Source of the DNA: Micrococcales bacterium
GTDB lineage: Bacteria > Actinomycetota > Actinomycetes > S36-B12 > UBA10799
Length of the DNA stretch: 64,000 nucleotides
Direction: 5' to 3'
Assembly: GCA_016703125.1 (NCBI GenBank)
Contig: JADJCR010000003.1
Coordinates: 64,933 to 128,932, forward strand
A program made the position numbers and the translations under genes. Shown here one piece after another: positions 47,425 to 59,152 of this stretch; the first letter of the stretch is position 1, and each line of letters begins with the position of its first letter. The notes under the pieces were generated by a model, which made no database searches, was not told where the DNA came from, and was given only the letters and a program-made list of their open reading frames with translations.

Positions 47425-48723
47425 ATGGCAGGATCCCGGTCTAAGCGGCGATTCATCGTCGGTGTCTGCGCCGGTGCATTGGCGGCCGCTGCCCTGACCG
47501 GGTGTAGCCAGGAAGCCGGCACCCCCACACTGACGTGGTTCATCAACCCCGACAACGGCGGCCAGGCGCAGTTCGCGCAGGAGTGCGCGGATGCCTCCGG
47601 GGGCGCCTACCAGGTGCGCATCGAGACCTTGCCGAACGACGCGACGGCACAGCGCGAGCAGCTCGTGCGGCGACTCGCGGCCAAGGACTCGTCGATCGAC
47701 ATCATGAGTCTGGACGTCATCTACACCGCGGAGTTCGCCAACGCCGGATTCCTGCTGCCCTACTCCCAGGAAGATGCCGACCAGATGACCCAGGGGATGC
47801 TCGACGCTCCGATCGAGACCGGGGAATGGAAAGGGACCCTCTACGCGGTGCCGTTCAAGTCGAACGCGCAACTGCTCTGGTACCGCAAGGCCCTGGCCGA
47901 AGAGGCTGGTGTCGATCCCACCTCGGAGAACTTCACGTGGGACGACATGCAGAAGGCCGCCGACGAGATGGGCAAGAAGATCTCCGAGCAGGGGGCACGC
48001 TATGAGGGCTTCATGGTGTGGATCAACGCCCTGATCCTCTCCGGCGGCGGGCAGATCCTCACCGATCCGGAAGCGGGCCAGGACGCGATCCCGAGCATGG
48101 CAGGTGAGGCCGGGACCAAGGCCGCCCAGATCGTGAGCACGCTGGCCAACTCGCAGGCGGCGCCCGCCGACCTCTCCGTAGCGCAGGAGGAACAGGGCCG
48201 GGCAGTCTTCCAGACCGACCAGGGCATGTTCATGCTGAACTGGCCGTACGTTCTGGCCGCCGCGCGGGCCGCCGTGGAGGAAGGCACCCTCGACCAGTCA
48301 GTGGTCGACGACATCGGCTACGCCCGCTACCCGCGCGTGTTCGCCGACACCCCCAGCCAGCCGCCGCTCGGCGGGGTCAACCTCTCCGTCGGTGCGTTCA
48401 CGAAGTACCCCGACTTGGCAATGGATCTGGTCAAATGCGCCAGCACTCCGGAACACGCCACGCAGTACATGCTCGAGGAGGGGGAGCCCTCGCCGTACGC
48501 GGCCAGCTACGACGACCCCGAGGTGCGCAAGGCGTACCCCAACGCCGACCTGATCCGGGAGTCGATCAACGACGCCGGGCCCCGGCCGATCACCCCGTAC
48601 TACGTGGACGTGGCCGGGTCGATCATCAACACCTGGCACCCGCCCGGCTCGGTGAACGACGACACGCCCGCCGAGACCGACCAGTTCATGTCCGACGTTC
48701 TCCAAGGGCGGCGACTGCTATGA
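47425..48723 (+). CDS. ABC transporter sugar-binding lipoprotein (family 1 SBP)
   Basis: GAGGAG RBS; signal peptide with lipobox LTGC; SBP_bac_1-like. Confidence 0.9.
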   Translation: MAGSRSKRRFIVGVCAGALAAAALTGCSQEAGTPTLTWFINPDNGGQAQFAQECADASGGAYQVRIETLPNDATAQREQLVRRLAAKDSSIDIMSLDVIYTAEFANAGFLLPYSQEDADQMTQGMLDAPIETGEWKGTLYAVPFKSNAQLLWYRKALAEEAGVDPTSENFTWDDMQKAADEMGKKISEQGARYEGFMVWINALILSGGGQILTDPEAGQDAIPSMAGEAGTKAAQIVSTLANSQAAPADLSVAQEEQGRAVFQTDQGMFMLNWPYVLAAARAAVEEGTLDQSVVDDIGYARYPRVFADTPSQPPLGGVNLSVGAFTKYPDLAMDLVKCASTPEHATQYMLEEGEPSPYAASYDDPEVRKAYPNADLIRESINDAGPRPITPYYVDVAGSIINTWHPPGSVNDDTPAETDQFMSDVLQGRRLL

Positions 48724-48748
48724 GCAGCGCGACAGGAAGGAACGCGAA

Positions 48749-49666
48749 GTGACTGCAACGACAACCGACCGACCTCCGCAGCCAGTCGTCTCCGAGCGGG
48801 TCAAGGGCGAGCGCCGGCTCGGGCTATGGCTTTCCGCACCGTCGTTCGTCGTGATGATCCTGGTGACCGCCTACCCCTTGGTGTACGCGGTGGTGCTGTC
48901 GCTGTACAACTACCGGCTCACCGACCCGGGCGGCCGCGAGTTCGTGGGACTGAGCAATTACTTCGTCATCCTGCAGGACCCGCTGTGGTGGAACGACTTC
49001 ATGACCACCCTGGTGATTACGGTGGTGACGGTGGCCATCGAGTTGGTGATCGGCTTCATGTTCGCCTACGTGATGCTGCGGATCATCCGTGGCCGTGGCC
49101 CCTTGCGCACGGCGATCCTCGTCCCGTACGGGATCGTGACGGTGGTCTCCGCGTTCATCTGGCGGTACGCCTTCGCCGTCGACTCCGGGTTCGTCAACCA
49201 GTGGCTGGCCCTCGGTGACTTCAACTGGTTCGGGGACCGCTGGTCGGCGCTGTTCGTGATCTGCCTCTCGGAGATCTGGAAGACCACGCCGTTCATCTCC
49301 CTGCTGCTGCTCGCGGGCCTGGTGCAGGTCCCCGAGGACATGCAGGAGGCCGCCAAGGTGGACGGTGCCACGGCCTGGCAGCGGCTGTGGAAGGTGACAC
49401 TGCCGAACATGAAGGCCGCGATCATGGTCGCCCTGCTGTTCCGCACCCTGGACGCATGGCGGATCTTCGACAACCCGTTCGTCATGACTCGCGGCGCGAA
49501 CAACACGGAGACGATCTCGTTCCTGGCCTACCGGCAGAACGTCACACTGGTCAATCTCGGGATGGGATCGGCGGTGTCTGTGCTGTTGTTCCTCACTGTC
49601 GTGGCCATCGCCTGGATCTTCGTCAAAGGATTCAAGACCGATCTCTCCCAGGTACGGGGTGACTGA
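48749..49666 (+). CDS. carbohydrate ABC transporter permease
   Basis: 6 TM helices with an EAA-type loop (EAAKVDGATAWQRLWKVTLP). Confidence 0.9.
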   Translation: MTATTTDRPPQPVVSERVKGERRLGLWLSAPSFVVMILVTAYPLVYAVVLSLYNYRLTDPGGREFVGLSNYFVILQDPLWWNDFMTTLVITVVTVAIELVIGFMFAYVMLRIIRGRGPLRTAILVPYGIVTVVSAFIWRYAFAVDSGFVNQWLALGDFNWFGDRWSALFVICLSEIWKTTPFISLLLLAGLVQVPEDMQEAAKVDGATAWQRLWKVTLPNMKAAIMVALLFRTLDAWRIFDNPFVMTRGANNTETISFLAYRQNVTLVNLGMGSAVSVLLFLTVVAIAWIFVKGFKTDLSQVRGD

Positions 49667-50490
49667 TGAAGACAAGTCGTTGGTGGACGGTCGCCGGGAT
49701 CGTCATCGTCCTCTACAGCCTGTTCCCGTTGCTGTGGATGCTGAGCCTGTCCTTGAAGCCCCCGTCGGACATCGTGTCCGGGCAGCCGCAGTTCCTGCCC
49801 ACCGCATCGACGTTCGACAACTTCACCGAGGTCTTCAGCCAGTCGCTGTTCACCCGTGCCCTGATCAACTCGATCGGGATCTCCCTGATCGCCACGCTCT
49901 TCGCGGTCATCGTCGCGATGTTCGCGGCGTACGCGATCGCGCGACTGGACTTCCGAGGTAAGCGTCTGCTGCTGTCGCTGGCACTCGGGATCGCGATGTT
50001 CCCGCAGGCCGCCCTGGTCGGACCACTGTTCAACATGTGGCGCAACATCGGCATCTACGACACCTGGATCGGGTTGATCATCCCCTACCTGACCTTCGCC
50101 CTGCCGCTGTCCATCTGGACCATGTCGGCCTTCTTCCGGCAGATCCCGTGGGAGATGGAGCAGGCCGCCCAGGTCGATGGGGCGACCGCCTGGCAGGCGT
50201 TCCGGAAGGTGATCGTGCCGCTGGCGGCGCCCGGCGTGTTCACCACGGCCATCCTGACCTTCTTCTTCTGCTGGAACGACTTCCTGTTCGCCATCTCGCT
50301 GACGTCCACTGACGCGGCGAGGACCGTCCCGGCGGCGCTGGCGTTCTTCCAGGGCGCGTCGCAGTTCGAGTCGGCGGTGCCGTACATCATGGCCGCGTCA
50401 GTGGTCGTGACCATCCCCGTTGTGGTGCTGGTGCTGCTGTTCCAGCGCCGGATCGTTGCAGGACTCACCTCCGGAGCAGTGAAGGGCTGA
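49666..50490 (+). CDS. carbohydrate ABC transporter permease
   Basis: EAA loop (EQAAQVDGATAWQAFRKVIVP); the start abuts the upstream stop. Confidence 0.9.
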   Translation: MKTSRWWTVAGIVIVLYSLFPLLWMLSLSLKPPSDIVSGQPQFLPTASTFDNFTEVFSQSLFTRALINSIGISLIATLFAVIVAMFAAYAIARLDFRGKRLLLSLALGIAMFPQAALVGPLFNMWRNIGIYDTWIGLIIPYLTFALPLSIWTMSAFFRQIPWEMEQAAQVDGATAWQAFRKVIVPLAAPGVFTTAILTFFFCWNDFLFAISLTSTDAARTVPAALAFFQGASQFESAVPYIMAASVVVTIPVVVLVLLFQRRIVAGLTSGAVKG

Positions 50491-50492
50491 CC

Positions 50493-51665
<1,173 letters not shown>

Positions 51666-51668
51666 TGC

Positions 51669-52937
51669 ATGGCCGCACCTGAGATCCGGCTGCGCTCGAC
51701 CTCCCCGGAACTGATCGCGCTGCCCTGGCACATGCCCCTGGCGCACTGGTCGATGCCAGAGGTGCCGTTGCGCGACGTCGCGGTGGGCCCGAGCCGCCAC
51801 CTGGTGAAGTTCGTGGCGGCCGACGGCCGGCTGTGGGCGCTCAAGAGCTTGGACCCGCGCCTGGCGGTGCGCGAGTACGAGGCCCTGAGGCGGATGGAGG
51901 ACATGGCCCTGCCGGCCGTGCGACCGGCCGGCCTTGTGCGGCAGGACGGCGAGGACGCGATCCTGGTGACCGAGTTCCTCACCGCCTCCTGGCAGTACCG
52001 ACGCCTATTCATGCGGCTGCCGCCCGGCCAGTCCGTCCACCGCGCGCGGCTACTCGACGCCATGGCCGGTCTGTTGGTGGAACTGCATCGGCACGGGGTC
52101 TTCTGGGGTGATTGTTCGCTTGCCAACACCCTGTTCACCCGCGACGGACAGGTGCTGCAGGCCTGGCTGGTGGACGCCGAGACCAGCGAGGTGCACGATC
52201 ACCTCAGTGACGGGCAGCGGTCCCTGGACCTCGAGATCCTGACGGAGAATGTGGCCCTGGGCATGATCGATCTCGCGGTCCGGCTCGAACGACCGGCCGA
52301 GATGCACGGCAAGCTCATCGCGGAGGCCCGCGGCATCGCTGACCGCTATGCCGAGTTGTGGGACCTGCTGCACGCAGCGCCCACGTTCGAGTTCACCGAC
52401 CGGTACCGGGTCGAGTCGACCGTGCGCAGACTGAACGAGCTGGGATTCGCCGTTGACGAGGTGTCCCTGCGTCCGGTGAGTCAGGAGGACCTGCAACTCA
52501 GCGTCCGGGTCGGCGACCGGCGCTTCCACGCCCAGCACCTGAAGGACCTCACCGGTCTCGATGTCGGCGAGGGCCAGGCCATGGTCCTGCTGGGGGACCT
52601 GCGCGCCTACCGCCGCCTCATGCAGCAGGAGGCAGACGAGGAGGTGACGGAACACGAAGCAGCCGCCCGCTGGATGACGAACGTCCTGCGACCCGGGATG
52701 CAGCAGGCGCACGCCGCGGTTGGTGCAGCGGGAAGCCCCATCCAGGCCTACTGCGACCTGCTGGAAGTCCGCTGGCTGCTCAGCGAGAGTGCAAGACACG
52801 ACGTGGGCAGCGAGGCCGCGCTGGCGGCCTTGCGGATCCAGGGACCACCTCGGGACGCGGCTGCCGCCATGGGGGTCGCCGAGAAGCAGACCAGTCAGTT
52901 CCCGGCCCTCGACGATGAAAGGGGCGAGCTCACATGA
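51669..52937 (+). CDS. DUF4032-type protein with an N-terminal Kdo/RIO-like kinase fold
   Basis: 422 aa. Kinase-like residues are visible: WALK (Lys), REYEAL (Glu), HGVFWGDCSLAN (Asp/Asn), LVDAET (Asp). ATGA overlap with the GH13 gene. Confidence 0.65.
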   Translation: MAAPEIRLRSTSPELIALPWHMPLAHWSMPEVPLRDVAVGPSRHLVKFVAADGRLWALKSLDPRLAVREYEALRRMEDMALPAVRPAGLVRQDGEDAILVTEFLTASWQYRRLFMRLPPGQSVHRARLLDAMAGLLVELHRHGVFWGDCSLANTLFTRDGQVLQAWLVDAETSEVHDHLSDGQRSLDLEILTENVALGMIDLAVRLERPAEMHGKLIAEARGIADRYAELWDLLHAAPTFEFTDRYRVESTVRRLNELGFAVDEVSLRPVSQEDLQLSVRVGDRRFHAQHLKDLTGLDVGEGQAMVLLGDLRAYRRLMQQEADEEVTEHEAAARWMTNVLRPGMQQAHAAVGAAGSPIQAYCDLLEVRWLLSESARHDVGSEAALAALRIQGPPRDAAAAMGVAEKQTSQFPALDDERGELT

Positions 52938-54571
52938 CAGCTACCGACGATGCCCGGTGGTACCGCGAGGCGGTGGTCTACCAGGTGTATCTGCGCAGTT
53001 TCGCCGACGGCGACGGTGACGGGGTCGGCGACATCGCCGGTCTGCGCAGCCGCCTACCGTATCTGGTGGACCTCGGCGTGGACGCGATCTGGATCAACCC
53101 CTGGTACCCCTCGCCGATGGCCGATGCCGGCTATGACGTCATCGACCAGCGCGCGATCGACCCGGCCTTCGGCACGCTCGCCGCCGCCGAAGCCCTGATC
53201 CAGGAGGCTCATGACCACGGCCTACGGGTGATCCTGGACGTCGTCCCCAACCACACCTCTGAACGGCGGCCCTGGTTCCTGGAAGCCGTCGCGGGCGGGC
53301 CCGGGTGCGCCGCTCGCAGCCGGTACCACTTCCGCGACGGCCGCGGTGAGCACGGGGATCTGCCGCCCAACAACTGGGTCAGTGAGTTCGGCGGGTCGGC
53401 GTGGACCCGGGTCACCGAACCCGACGGCACGCCCGGGCAGTGGTATCTGCACCTGTTCTCCCCGCAGCAGCCCGACCTGAACTGGGACCACCCCGAGGTG
53501 CGCGCGGACTTCGAACACACTCTGCGCTTCTGGTTCGACCGCGGGGTCGACGGATTCCGGATCGATGTGGCCCACTACTTGGTCAAGGGCCACGACCTCC
53601 CGGATCTGCAGGAGGGCGGGCATGCCACCGGCGAGCACCCGCACTGGGACCGCGAGGCATTGCACGACATCTACCGGCGATGGCGCCAGATCGCTGACAC
53701 CTACGACCCGCCGCGCACCTTCGTGGCCGAGGTGTGGGTGGCCAGCGCCCAGCGACTGGTGCGGTACGTGCGGCCCGATGAGTTGCACACAGCGTTCAAC
53801 TTCGACTTCCTGGCCTCCCCGTGGTTGCCCGGTGCCCAGCACGACGTGATCGAGGAGACGCTGACCACGCATGCCCGGGTGGGCGCCGCAGCCACCTGGG
53901 TGCTGTCCAACCACGACGTTGCCCGGCACGTGTCCCGGTTCGCCCGGCCCCAGCTACCGGGCGTCGCCCGCTTTCTCGACGACTATCTCGACCGGCCCGT
54001 GGACCTCGCGCTCGGCACGCGGCGGGCGCGGGCGGCGCTGCTGCAGATGCTGGCGCTGCCGGGAAGTGCCTACGTCTACCTGGGGGAGGAACTCGGCCTG
54101 CCAGAAGTCGAGGATCTGCCGGAGGACGCGTTGCTGGACCCGATGTTCGAGCGCTCCGGGCGGATCAGCCGGGGCCGGGACGGCTGCCGTGTCCCGTTGC
54201 CCTGGTCGGGGGACAGTCCGCCGTACGGCTTCTCGCAGCCAGGGGTGCGTACATGGCTGCCCCAGCCCACCGACTGGGCGCGATACTCCGTGACCGCTCA
54301 GCAGGGGCACCCGGGATCGATGCTCGAGTTCTACCGGGCCGCGCTGCATCTGCGGCGTGCCCACCCCGCGCTCGGCGACGGGTCGATGCAGTGGCTCGAC
54401 ACCCCGGAGGGGGTGCTCGGGTTCGCCCGTGAGCCAGGGTTGCACTGTTTGGTGAACTACTCCCGGGTGCCATACGCGCTGCCGCCGGACGCCGAGATCC
54501 TGCTCGCCAGTTCGGACTTTGACATCGCCGACGGTCTGCCGGGGGACACCGCGGTGTGGCTGGGGGTATGA
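52934..54571 (+). CDS. GH13 alpha-glucosidase (oligo-1,6-glucosidase/trehalose-6-P hydrolase-like)
   Basis: 545 aa; DGDGDGVGD, DVVPNH, GFRIDVAH and EVW motifs. Confidence 0.9.
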   Translation: MTATDDARWYREAVVYQVYLRSFADGDGDGVGDIAGLRSRLPYLVDLGVDAIWINPWYPSPMADAGYDVIDQRAIDPAFGTLAAAEALIQEAHDHGLRVILDVVPNHTSERRPWFLEAVAGGPGCAARSRYHFRDGRGEHGDLPPNNWVSEFGGSAWTRVTEPDGTPGQWYLHLFSPQQPDLNWDHPEVRADFEHTLRFWFDRGVDGFRIDVAHYLVKGHDLPDLQEGGHATGEHPHWDREALHDIYRRWRQIADTYDPPRTFVAEVWVASAQRLVRYVRPDELHTAFNFDFLASPWLPGAQHDVIEETLTTHARVGAAATWVLSNHDVARHVSRFARPQLPGVARFLDDYLDRPVDLALGTRRARAALLQMLALPGSAYVYLGEELGLPEVEDLPEDALLDPMFERSGRISRGRDGCRVPLPWSGDSPPYGFSQPGVRTWLPQPTDWARYSVTAQQGHPGSMLEFYRAALHLRRAHPALGDGSMQWLDTPEGVLGFAREPGLHCLVNYSRVPYALPPDAEILLASSDFDIADGLPGDTAVWLGV

Positions 54572-54595
54572 GTCGCAACCACGCCCCGGACACAC

Positions 54596-54632
54596 GACGG
54601 CCGGGGAGCCATGTGCTGGGTCCCCGGCCGTC
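54596..54632. terminator. hairpin between convergent GH13 and arcB genes
   Basis: Perfect 12-bp stem GACGGCCGGGGA pairing with TCCCCGGCCGTC, 13-nt loop, no T-tract. Confidence 0.45.
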
Positions 54633-54644
54633 GAGTGGGAGCGG

Positions 54645-55649
54645 TCAGTCGCCGATGGTGGCCACCATGATCGCCTTGATCGTGTGCAGCCGGTTCTCGG
54701 CCTGGTCGAAGGCGATGTTCGAGGTCGACTCGAAGACGTCGTTGGTGACCTCGAGGCCGTTCTCCATCCCCGTGGACGCGGCGACATCCTTGCCGACCTT
54801 CGTGTTGGTGTCGTGGAACGCCGGCAGGCAGTGCATGAACTTCGCGTCGCGCTGACCGGTCTTCTCGAGCGCCGCGCGGTTCACCTGGTAGGGCGTCAGC
54901 AACTTCACGCGCTCGTCCCACACCTCCTTGGGCTCGCCCATGGACACCCACACGTCGGTGTGCAGGAACATCGCACCCGGGATCGCCTCGTCCGGGTCCT
55001 CGGTCAGCGTCACCTTCGCGCCCGACTGCTCGGCGCGTTCGAGGGCGGCGTCATGCACTTCCTGGGAGGGCCAGAGGTCCCGCGGCGAGCAGATGCGTAC
55101 GTCGGAACCCATGATGGCGCCCATGATCAGCAGGGAGTTGCCCATGTTGGAACGGGCGTCGCCCATGTAGGCGTAGGTGATCTCATGGGTCGGGCGGTGG
55201 CTGTGCTCGATCATCGTCAGGAAGTCGGCGAGCATCTGTGTGGGGTGCCACTCGTCGGTCAGGCCGTTCCACACCGGCACGTCGGAGAACTCCGCGAGTT
55301 CTTCGACGTTGGTGTGGGCGCTGCCGCGGTACTCGATCCCGTCGTAGAACCGGGACAGCACACGGGCGGTGTCGGCGATGGACTCCTTGTGGCCCAGTTG
55401 CGAGCCACTGGGGTCCAAGTAGGTCACCCCGGCGCCCTGGTCATAGGCGCCGACCTCGAATGCGCAACGTGTGCGGGTCGAGGTCTTCTCGAAGATGAGG
55501 GCGACGTTCTTGCCCTGCATGCGCCGGCGCTCGTTGCCGGTGTACTTGGCGCGCTTCAGGTCGCGGGACAGGTCGAGCAGGAACTGCAGTTCCTGGGTGG
55601 TGAAGTCGAGTTCCTTGAGGAAATCGCGGTTGCGAAGATTGACAGGCAC
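54645..55649 (-). CDS. arcB: ornithine carbamoyltransferase (catabolic type)
   Basis: GTG 55649 follows GAAGGAGA. STRTR, canonical SMG loop (DVWVSMGE) and HCLP motifs. Confidence 0.9.
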   Translation of the reverse strand: MPVNLRNRDFLKELDFTTQELQFLLDLSRDLKRAKYTGNERRRMQGKNVALIFEKTSTRTRCAFEVGAYDQGAGVTYLDPSGSQLGHKESIADTARVLSRFYDGIEYRGSAHTNVEELAEFSDVPVWNGLTDEWHPTQMLADFLTMIEHSHRPTHEITYAYMGDARSNMGNSLLIMGAIMGSDVRICSPRDLWPSQEVHDAALERAEQSGAKVTLTEDPDEAIPGAMFLHTDVWVSMGEPKEVWDERVKLLTPYQVNRAALEKTGQRDAKFMHCLPAFHDTNTKVGKDVAASTGMENGLEVTNDVFESTSNIAFDQAENRLHTIKAIMVATIGD

Positions 55650-55721
55650 TGGTTCTCCTTCTGGTTGAAATGGTCGGTACATGCGTGTGGGGTGACCCTG
55701 GGGCCACCCCACACGTGAGGA

Positions 55722-56954
55722 CTACTGCGCCGGACCGCGTACGATCGGGCAGCTCATGCAGCGTGGGCCACCCCGGCCGCGGCCGAGTTCCGATCCCACG
55801 ATCGTCACGATCTCGATGCCCTCCTTGCGCAGGAAGGTGTTCGTCGTCGTGTTGCGCTCGTACCCGAAGATGACCCCGGGTGCCACGGCCAGGAAGTTGT
55901 TCCCGTCGTCCCACTGCTCGCGCTGGGCGCCGAGTTCGTCGATGGGGGTCTTGAGGACCCGCATCTCGTCGACCCCGACCGCGTCGGCCACCACCGGCCA
56001 CAACTCCTCGTTCTCCTTGACCGTGAACTCGCCACCGTCACCGATGGGCTCCAGGGTGTAGGAGCGCAGGTGGTCGGGCAGGTAGGGGTAGCAGGAGAAC
56101 GCGTCCTTGTCGATCATCGTCATCGCGGTGTCGAGGTGCATGAAGGCGCGCGTCTTCGGCAGTTCCACCACGATCACCTTGGTGATCTGGCCCCCGCCGA
56201 ACTGGAAGTACTTGCGGGCCAGGACCTCCACGCCTTGTGGTGTCGTGCGCTCACCCATGCCGACCATGACTGCACCGTTGCCGATCACGAGGATGTCGCC
56301 ACCCTCGATGGTCGCCGGCTCGTGGTGCAAGTCGTCGTTGCCGTAGTAGAAGTTCAGCCCCGCGTCGGCGAAGCGCGGGTGGAAGTTCCAGATGGTGCGC
56401 GAGTGCAGCGTCTCGCGCTTGCGTGCCGGCTTGGCCATCGGGTTGACGCTCAGGCCGTCGTAGACGAACGCGGTGTTGTCCCGCTGGAACAAGTGGTTCG
56501 GCAACGGGGTGAGGATGAAGTCGTAGTCATCCAGGTAACTCCACAGCAGGCTCTGCGTGTGGGGCAGGTGCAGGTCCTTCTTCAGGACGCCACCGATGAG
56601 GACCTCGGACAGCAGTTCCGCGTCCTGCTGCATCACCAACTCGGTCAGCGGTTCGTCCAGGGCTGGGCCCACCTGGGTGGCGTTGGTCAGGCGCTCGTCG
56701 AGGAACTCCCGGGCGCCGGGTGCGTCCAGGGCCTCCTTCAGCAGTGTCTGGAAGTGCAGGACCTCGATACCCTTGTCCCGCAACTTCTGGGTGAAGGCGT
56801 CGTGCTCCTCACGGGCGCGTGCCGCCCACATGACGTCGTCGAAGAGCAGGTCCTCGACGTTCGACGGTGTCAGGCGGGCCAATTCGAGGCCAGGCCGGTG
56901 CACGATGACCGACTCGAGCCGTCCCACCTCCGAGTCGACGTGGTACTCAGACAT
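55722..56954 (-). CDS. arcA: arginine deiminase
   Basis: 410 aa from [13 protein letters not shown], with the catalytic Cys near the C-terminus (GGPRCMSCP). Confidence 0.9.
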   Translation of the reverse strand: MSEYHVDSEVGRLESVIVHRPGLELARLTPSNVEDLLFDDVMWAARAREEHDAFTQKLRDKGIEVLHFQTLLKEALDAPGAREFLDERLTNATQVGPALDEPLTELVMQQDAELLSEVLIGGVLKKDLHLPHTQSLLWSYLDDYDFILTPLPNHLFQRDNTAFVYDGLSVNPMAKPARKRETLHSRTIWNFHPRFADAGLNFYYGNDDLHHEPATIEGGDILVIGNGAVMVGMGERTTPQGVEVLARKYFQFGGGQITKVIVVELPKTRAFMHLDTAMTMIDKDAFSCYPYLPDHLRSYTLEPIGDGGEFTVKENEELWPVVADAVGVDEMRVLKTPIDELGAQREQWDDGNNFLAVAPGVIFGYERNTTTNTFLRKEGIEIVTIVGSELGRGRGGPRCMSCPIVRGPAQ

Positions 56955-57171
56955 ACACGATTCCCTTCGTGGCGTCCCGCCATGTGCGGGATGCTTCGAT
57001 CTTGCTTCACAAAACCTGTCGATGCCAGGCGAGCACGTTCTGCGGCCCTCGGCGGTGGCAGGTGGCCGGTTTTGTGCAACACGCCTCTGTGGACGAGACA
57101 CCGCGGTTGCGCACCTGCTAGACCGGGATCGCGCACTGTTGCCCACAGGTGCGAAGGATCTGGGAGGAACG

Positions 57172-58809
57172 ATGGCAACCGACACCGCGCCACCGGTGGA
57201 ATCAGAGCCCGAGAAGAAGAAGGGCTTCAAATTCCCCACGGCCTACACGGTCTTGTTCTTCGTTCTGCTGTTGGTGTTCGCCCTCACATTCGTGATCAAG
57301 CCGGGCGCGTACCAGTACGTCTCCTGTGACGGCGGCAATGCCAAGCCGATCCCGGGGTCGTACCAGCAGACCGACACCAGCATGACCTTTAAAGAGCGGC
57401 TATACGACCTGTGGCTGTCCCCGGTCAACGGGTTGTACGGCATCCGTGAGGTCTCGGAGCCCGCCGAGGAGGTGACCCCCGAGCAGCAGGCCGAGGCGGA
57501 TGCCATCTGTGACGGCACTCCCGCTGAGGTCGTCACGGCACCCGGCAACACCGGCCCGTACAACGAGGGGTCGCTGTTCGGCGCCGCCCAGGTGTTCTTC
57601 TTCGTCCTGGCCATCGGTGCGTTCATCACCGTGACCATCAAGACCGGGGCCATGGACGCCGGCATCGCCCGGTTGACGCACAGGTTCCGGACCCGCGCCA
57701 ACGTACTCATAGTCGTGCTGATGTTGATCTTCTCGATCGGCGGCACGACGTACGGGATGGCAGAGGAGACATTGGGCTTCTACGCCCTGATCGTGCCAAT
57801 ATTCGTGGCCCTCGGGTATGACCGCATGTTGGGAGCGGTGGTCATCCTCGTGGGCGCAGGCACCGGCACCATGGCATCCACGGTCAACCCGTTCGCCACC
57901 GGTGTGGCATCCGACGCCGCGGGGATCGACCTCGGAAACGGCATCGTCCTGCGGTTCCTCATGTGGATCGTGCTGACCGCCACATCCATCGCCTTCGTCC
58001 TGTGGTATGCCCGGCGGATCAAGGGCCACCCGGAGAAGATGATGGTCCCCTGGACCGAGGAGGACCGCTCGCTGGAGATGGAGAGCGAGGGCGAGCCCCC
58101 GGTCATGACCGGTGCCCAGAAGGCCGTGATGTGGGTCTTCGCGCTGTCCTTCGTGCTCATGATCTTCTCGGTCGTGCCGTGGGCGGACCTGCCCGGACTC
58201 GGTGACATCTCGTGGATGGAGCGGATCACGCTCTACTGGTACTTCCCCGAGTTGGCCGCCCTGTTCCTCGTGGCCGCGATCATCATCGGCCTCATCGGGA
58301 AGCTCGGCGAGGAGGGGATGGTCAACGCCATCATCTCCGGCATGGGCGACTTCATCGGCGCGGCGTTCATCATCGCCTTCGCCCGTGGTGTGACGGTCGT
58401 GATGAACAACTCCGGAATCACCGACACCGTGCTCCACTCCTTGGAGAGCCTGGTCACGGGCCTGTCGGGTGCGGTGTTCGCGGTGATGATGTTCATCGTG
58501 AACATCCCACTGGCCTTCTTGGTCCCGTCGTCGTCCGGTCACGCGACGCTCGCGATGCCCATCATGGCGCCGCTGGGCGACTTCGCGACCGTCAGCCGGG
58601 CGATCGTGGTCACCGCCTACCAGTCGGCCTCGGGATGGGTGAACCTGTTCACACCCACCTCCGCGATCGTCATGGGTGGTCTGGCCATCGCCAAGGTGCG
58701 CTATGACCGCTACCTGAAGTTCGTGTGGCCGCTGCTGCTCGCCCTGTTCGTGCTGACCTGCCTGCTGCTGGCACTCGGAACGGTGGTGCCGGCGCTGGGT
58801 GGCACCTGA
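57172..58809 (+). CDS. YfcC/DcuC-family transporter (putative arginine/ornithine exchanger)
   Basis: 545 aa, polytopic, GGGAGG RBS, divergent from arcA. Confidence 0.75.
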   Translation: MATDTAPPVESEPEKKKGFKFPTAYTVLFFVLLLVFALTFVIKPGAYQYVSCDGGNAKPIPGSYQQTDTSMTFKERLYDLWLSPVNGLYGIREVSEPAEEVTPEQQAEADAICDGTPAEVVTAPGNTGPYNEGSLFGAAQVFFFVLAIGAFITVTIKTGAMDAGIARLTHRFRTRANVLIVVLMLIFSIGGTTYGMAEETLGFYALIVPIFVALGYDRMLGAVVILVGAGTGTMASTVNPFATGVASDAAGIDLGNGIVLRFLMWIVLTATSIAFVLWYARRIKGHPEKMMVPWTEEDRSLEMESEGEPPVMTGAQKAVMWVFALSFVLMIFSVVPWADLPGLGDISWMERITLYWYFPELAALFLVAAIIIGLIGKLGEEGMVNAIISGMGDFIGAAFIIAFARGVTVVMNNSGITDTVLHSLESLVTGLSGAVFAVMMFIVNIPLAFLVPSSSGHATLAMPIMAPLGDFATVSRAIVVTAYQSASGWVNLFTPTSAIVMGGLAIAKVRYDRYLKFVWPLLLALFVLTCLLLALGTVVPALGGT

Positions 58810-58818
58810 GCCGGATGA

Positions 58819-58863
58819 ACGGAGGACGGCCCCCGGGAAACCGGGGGCCGTCCTCCGTTTGTG
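58819..58863 (+). terminator. intrinsic terminator
   Basis: Perfect 18-bp stem (58819-58836 pairs with 58841-58858), GAAA loop, followed by TTTGTGT. Confidence 0.8.
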
Positions 58864-58902
58864 TCGAGCGCGGCAACGTCGTGAGCCGCTACTCTCGCCA
58901 CC

Positions 58903-59109
58903 GTGAGCGGAGCTGCAAAGTCCAACGTGCTGATGTTCCTGACCGCGATGTGCGCGATGGGTGCGGTGTGGGTGGGTATCGTCGCGGTCACCGGCCCCGA
59001 TCCGCTCTATGCGCTGATGGCCGCCCTTCTGCTGGTCGCCACCGTCGTCGCCTTCCGCGCCTACCGCACGGTTCTGCGGGAGCTCGACGAGCAGGAGCGC
59101 CGGACATGA
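58903..59109 (+). CDS. small two-TM hypothetical membrane protein
   Basis: 68-aa ORF with two hydrophobic helices. No family recognised. Confidence 0.4.
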   Translation: MSGAAKSNVLMFLTAMCAMGAVWVGIVAVTGPDPLYALMAALLLVATVVAFRAYRTVLRELDEQERRT

Positions 59110-59152
59110 CGAAGCGCCGCCGGCCGAGGTGACCGACGGCGCTTCGCGAGAT

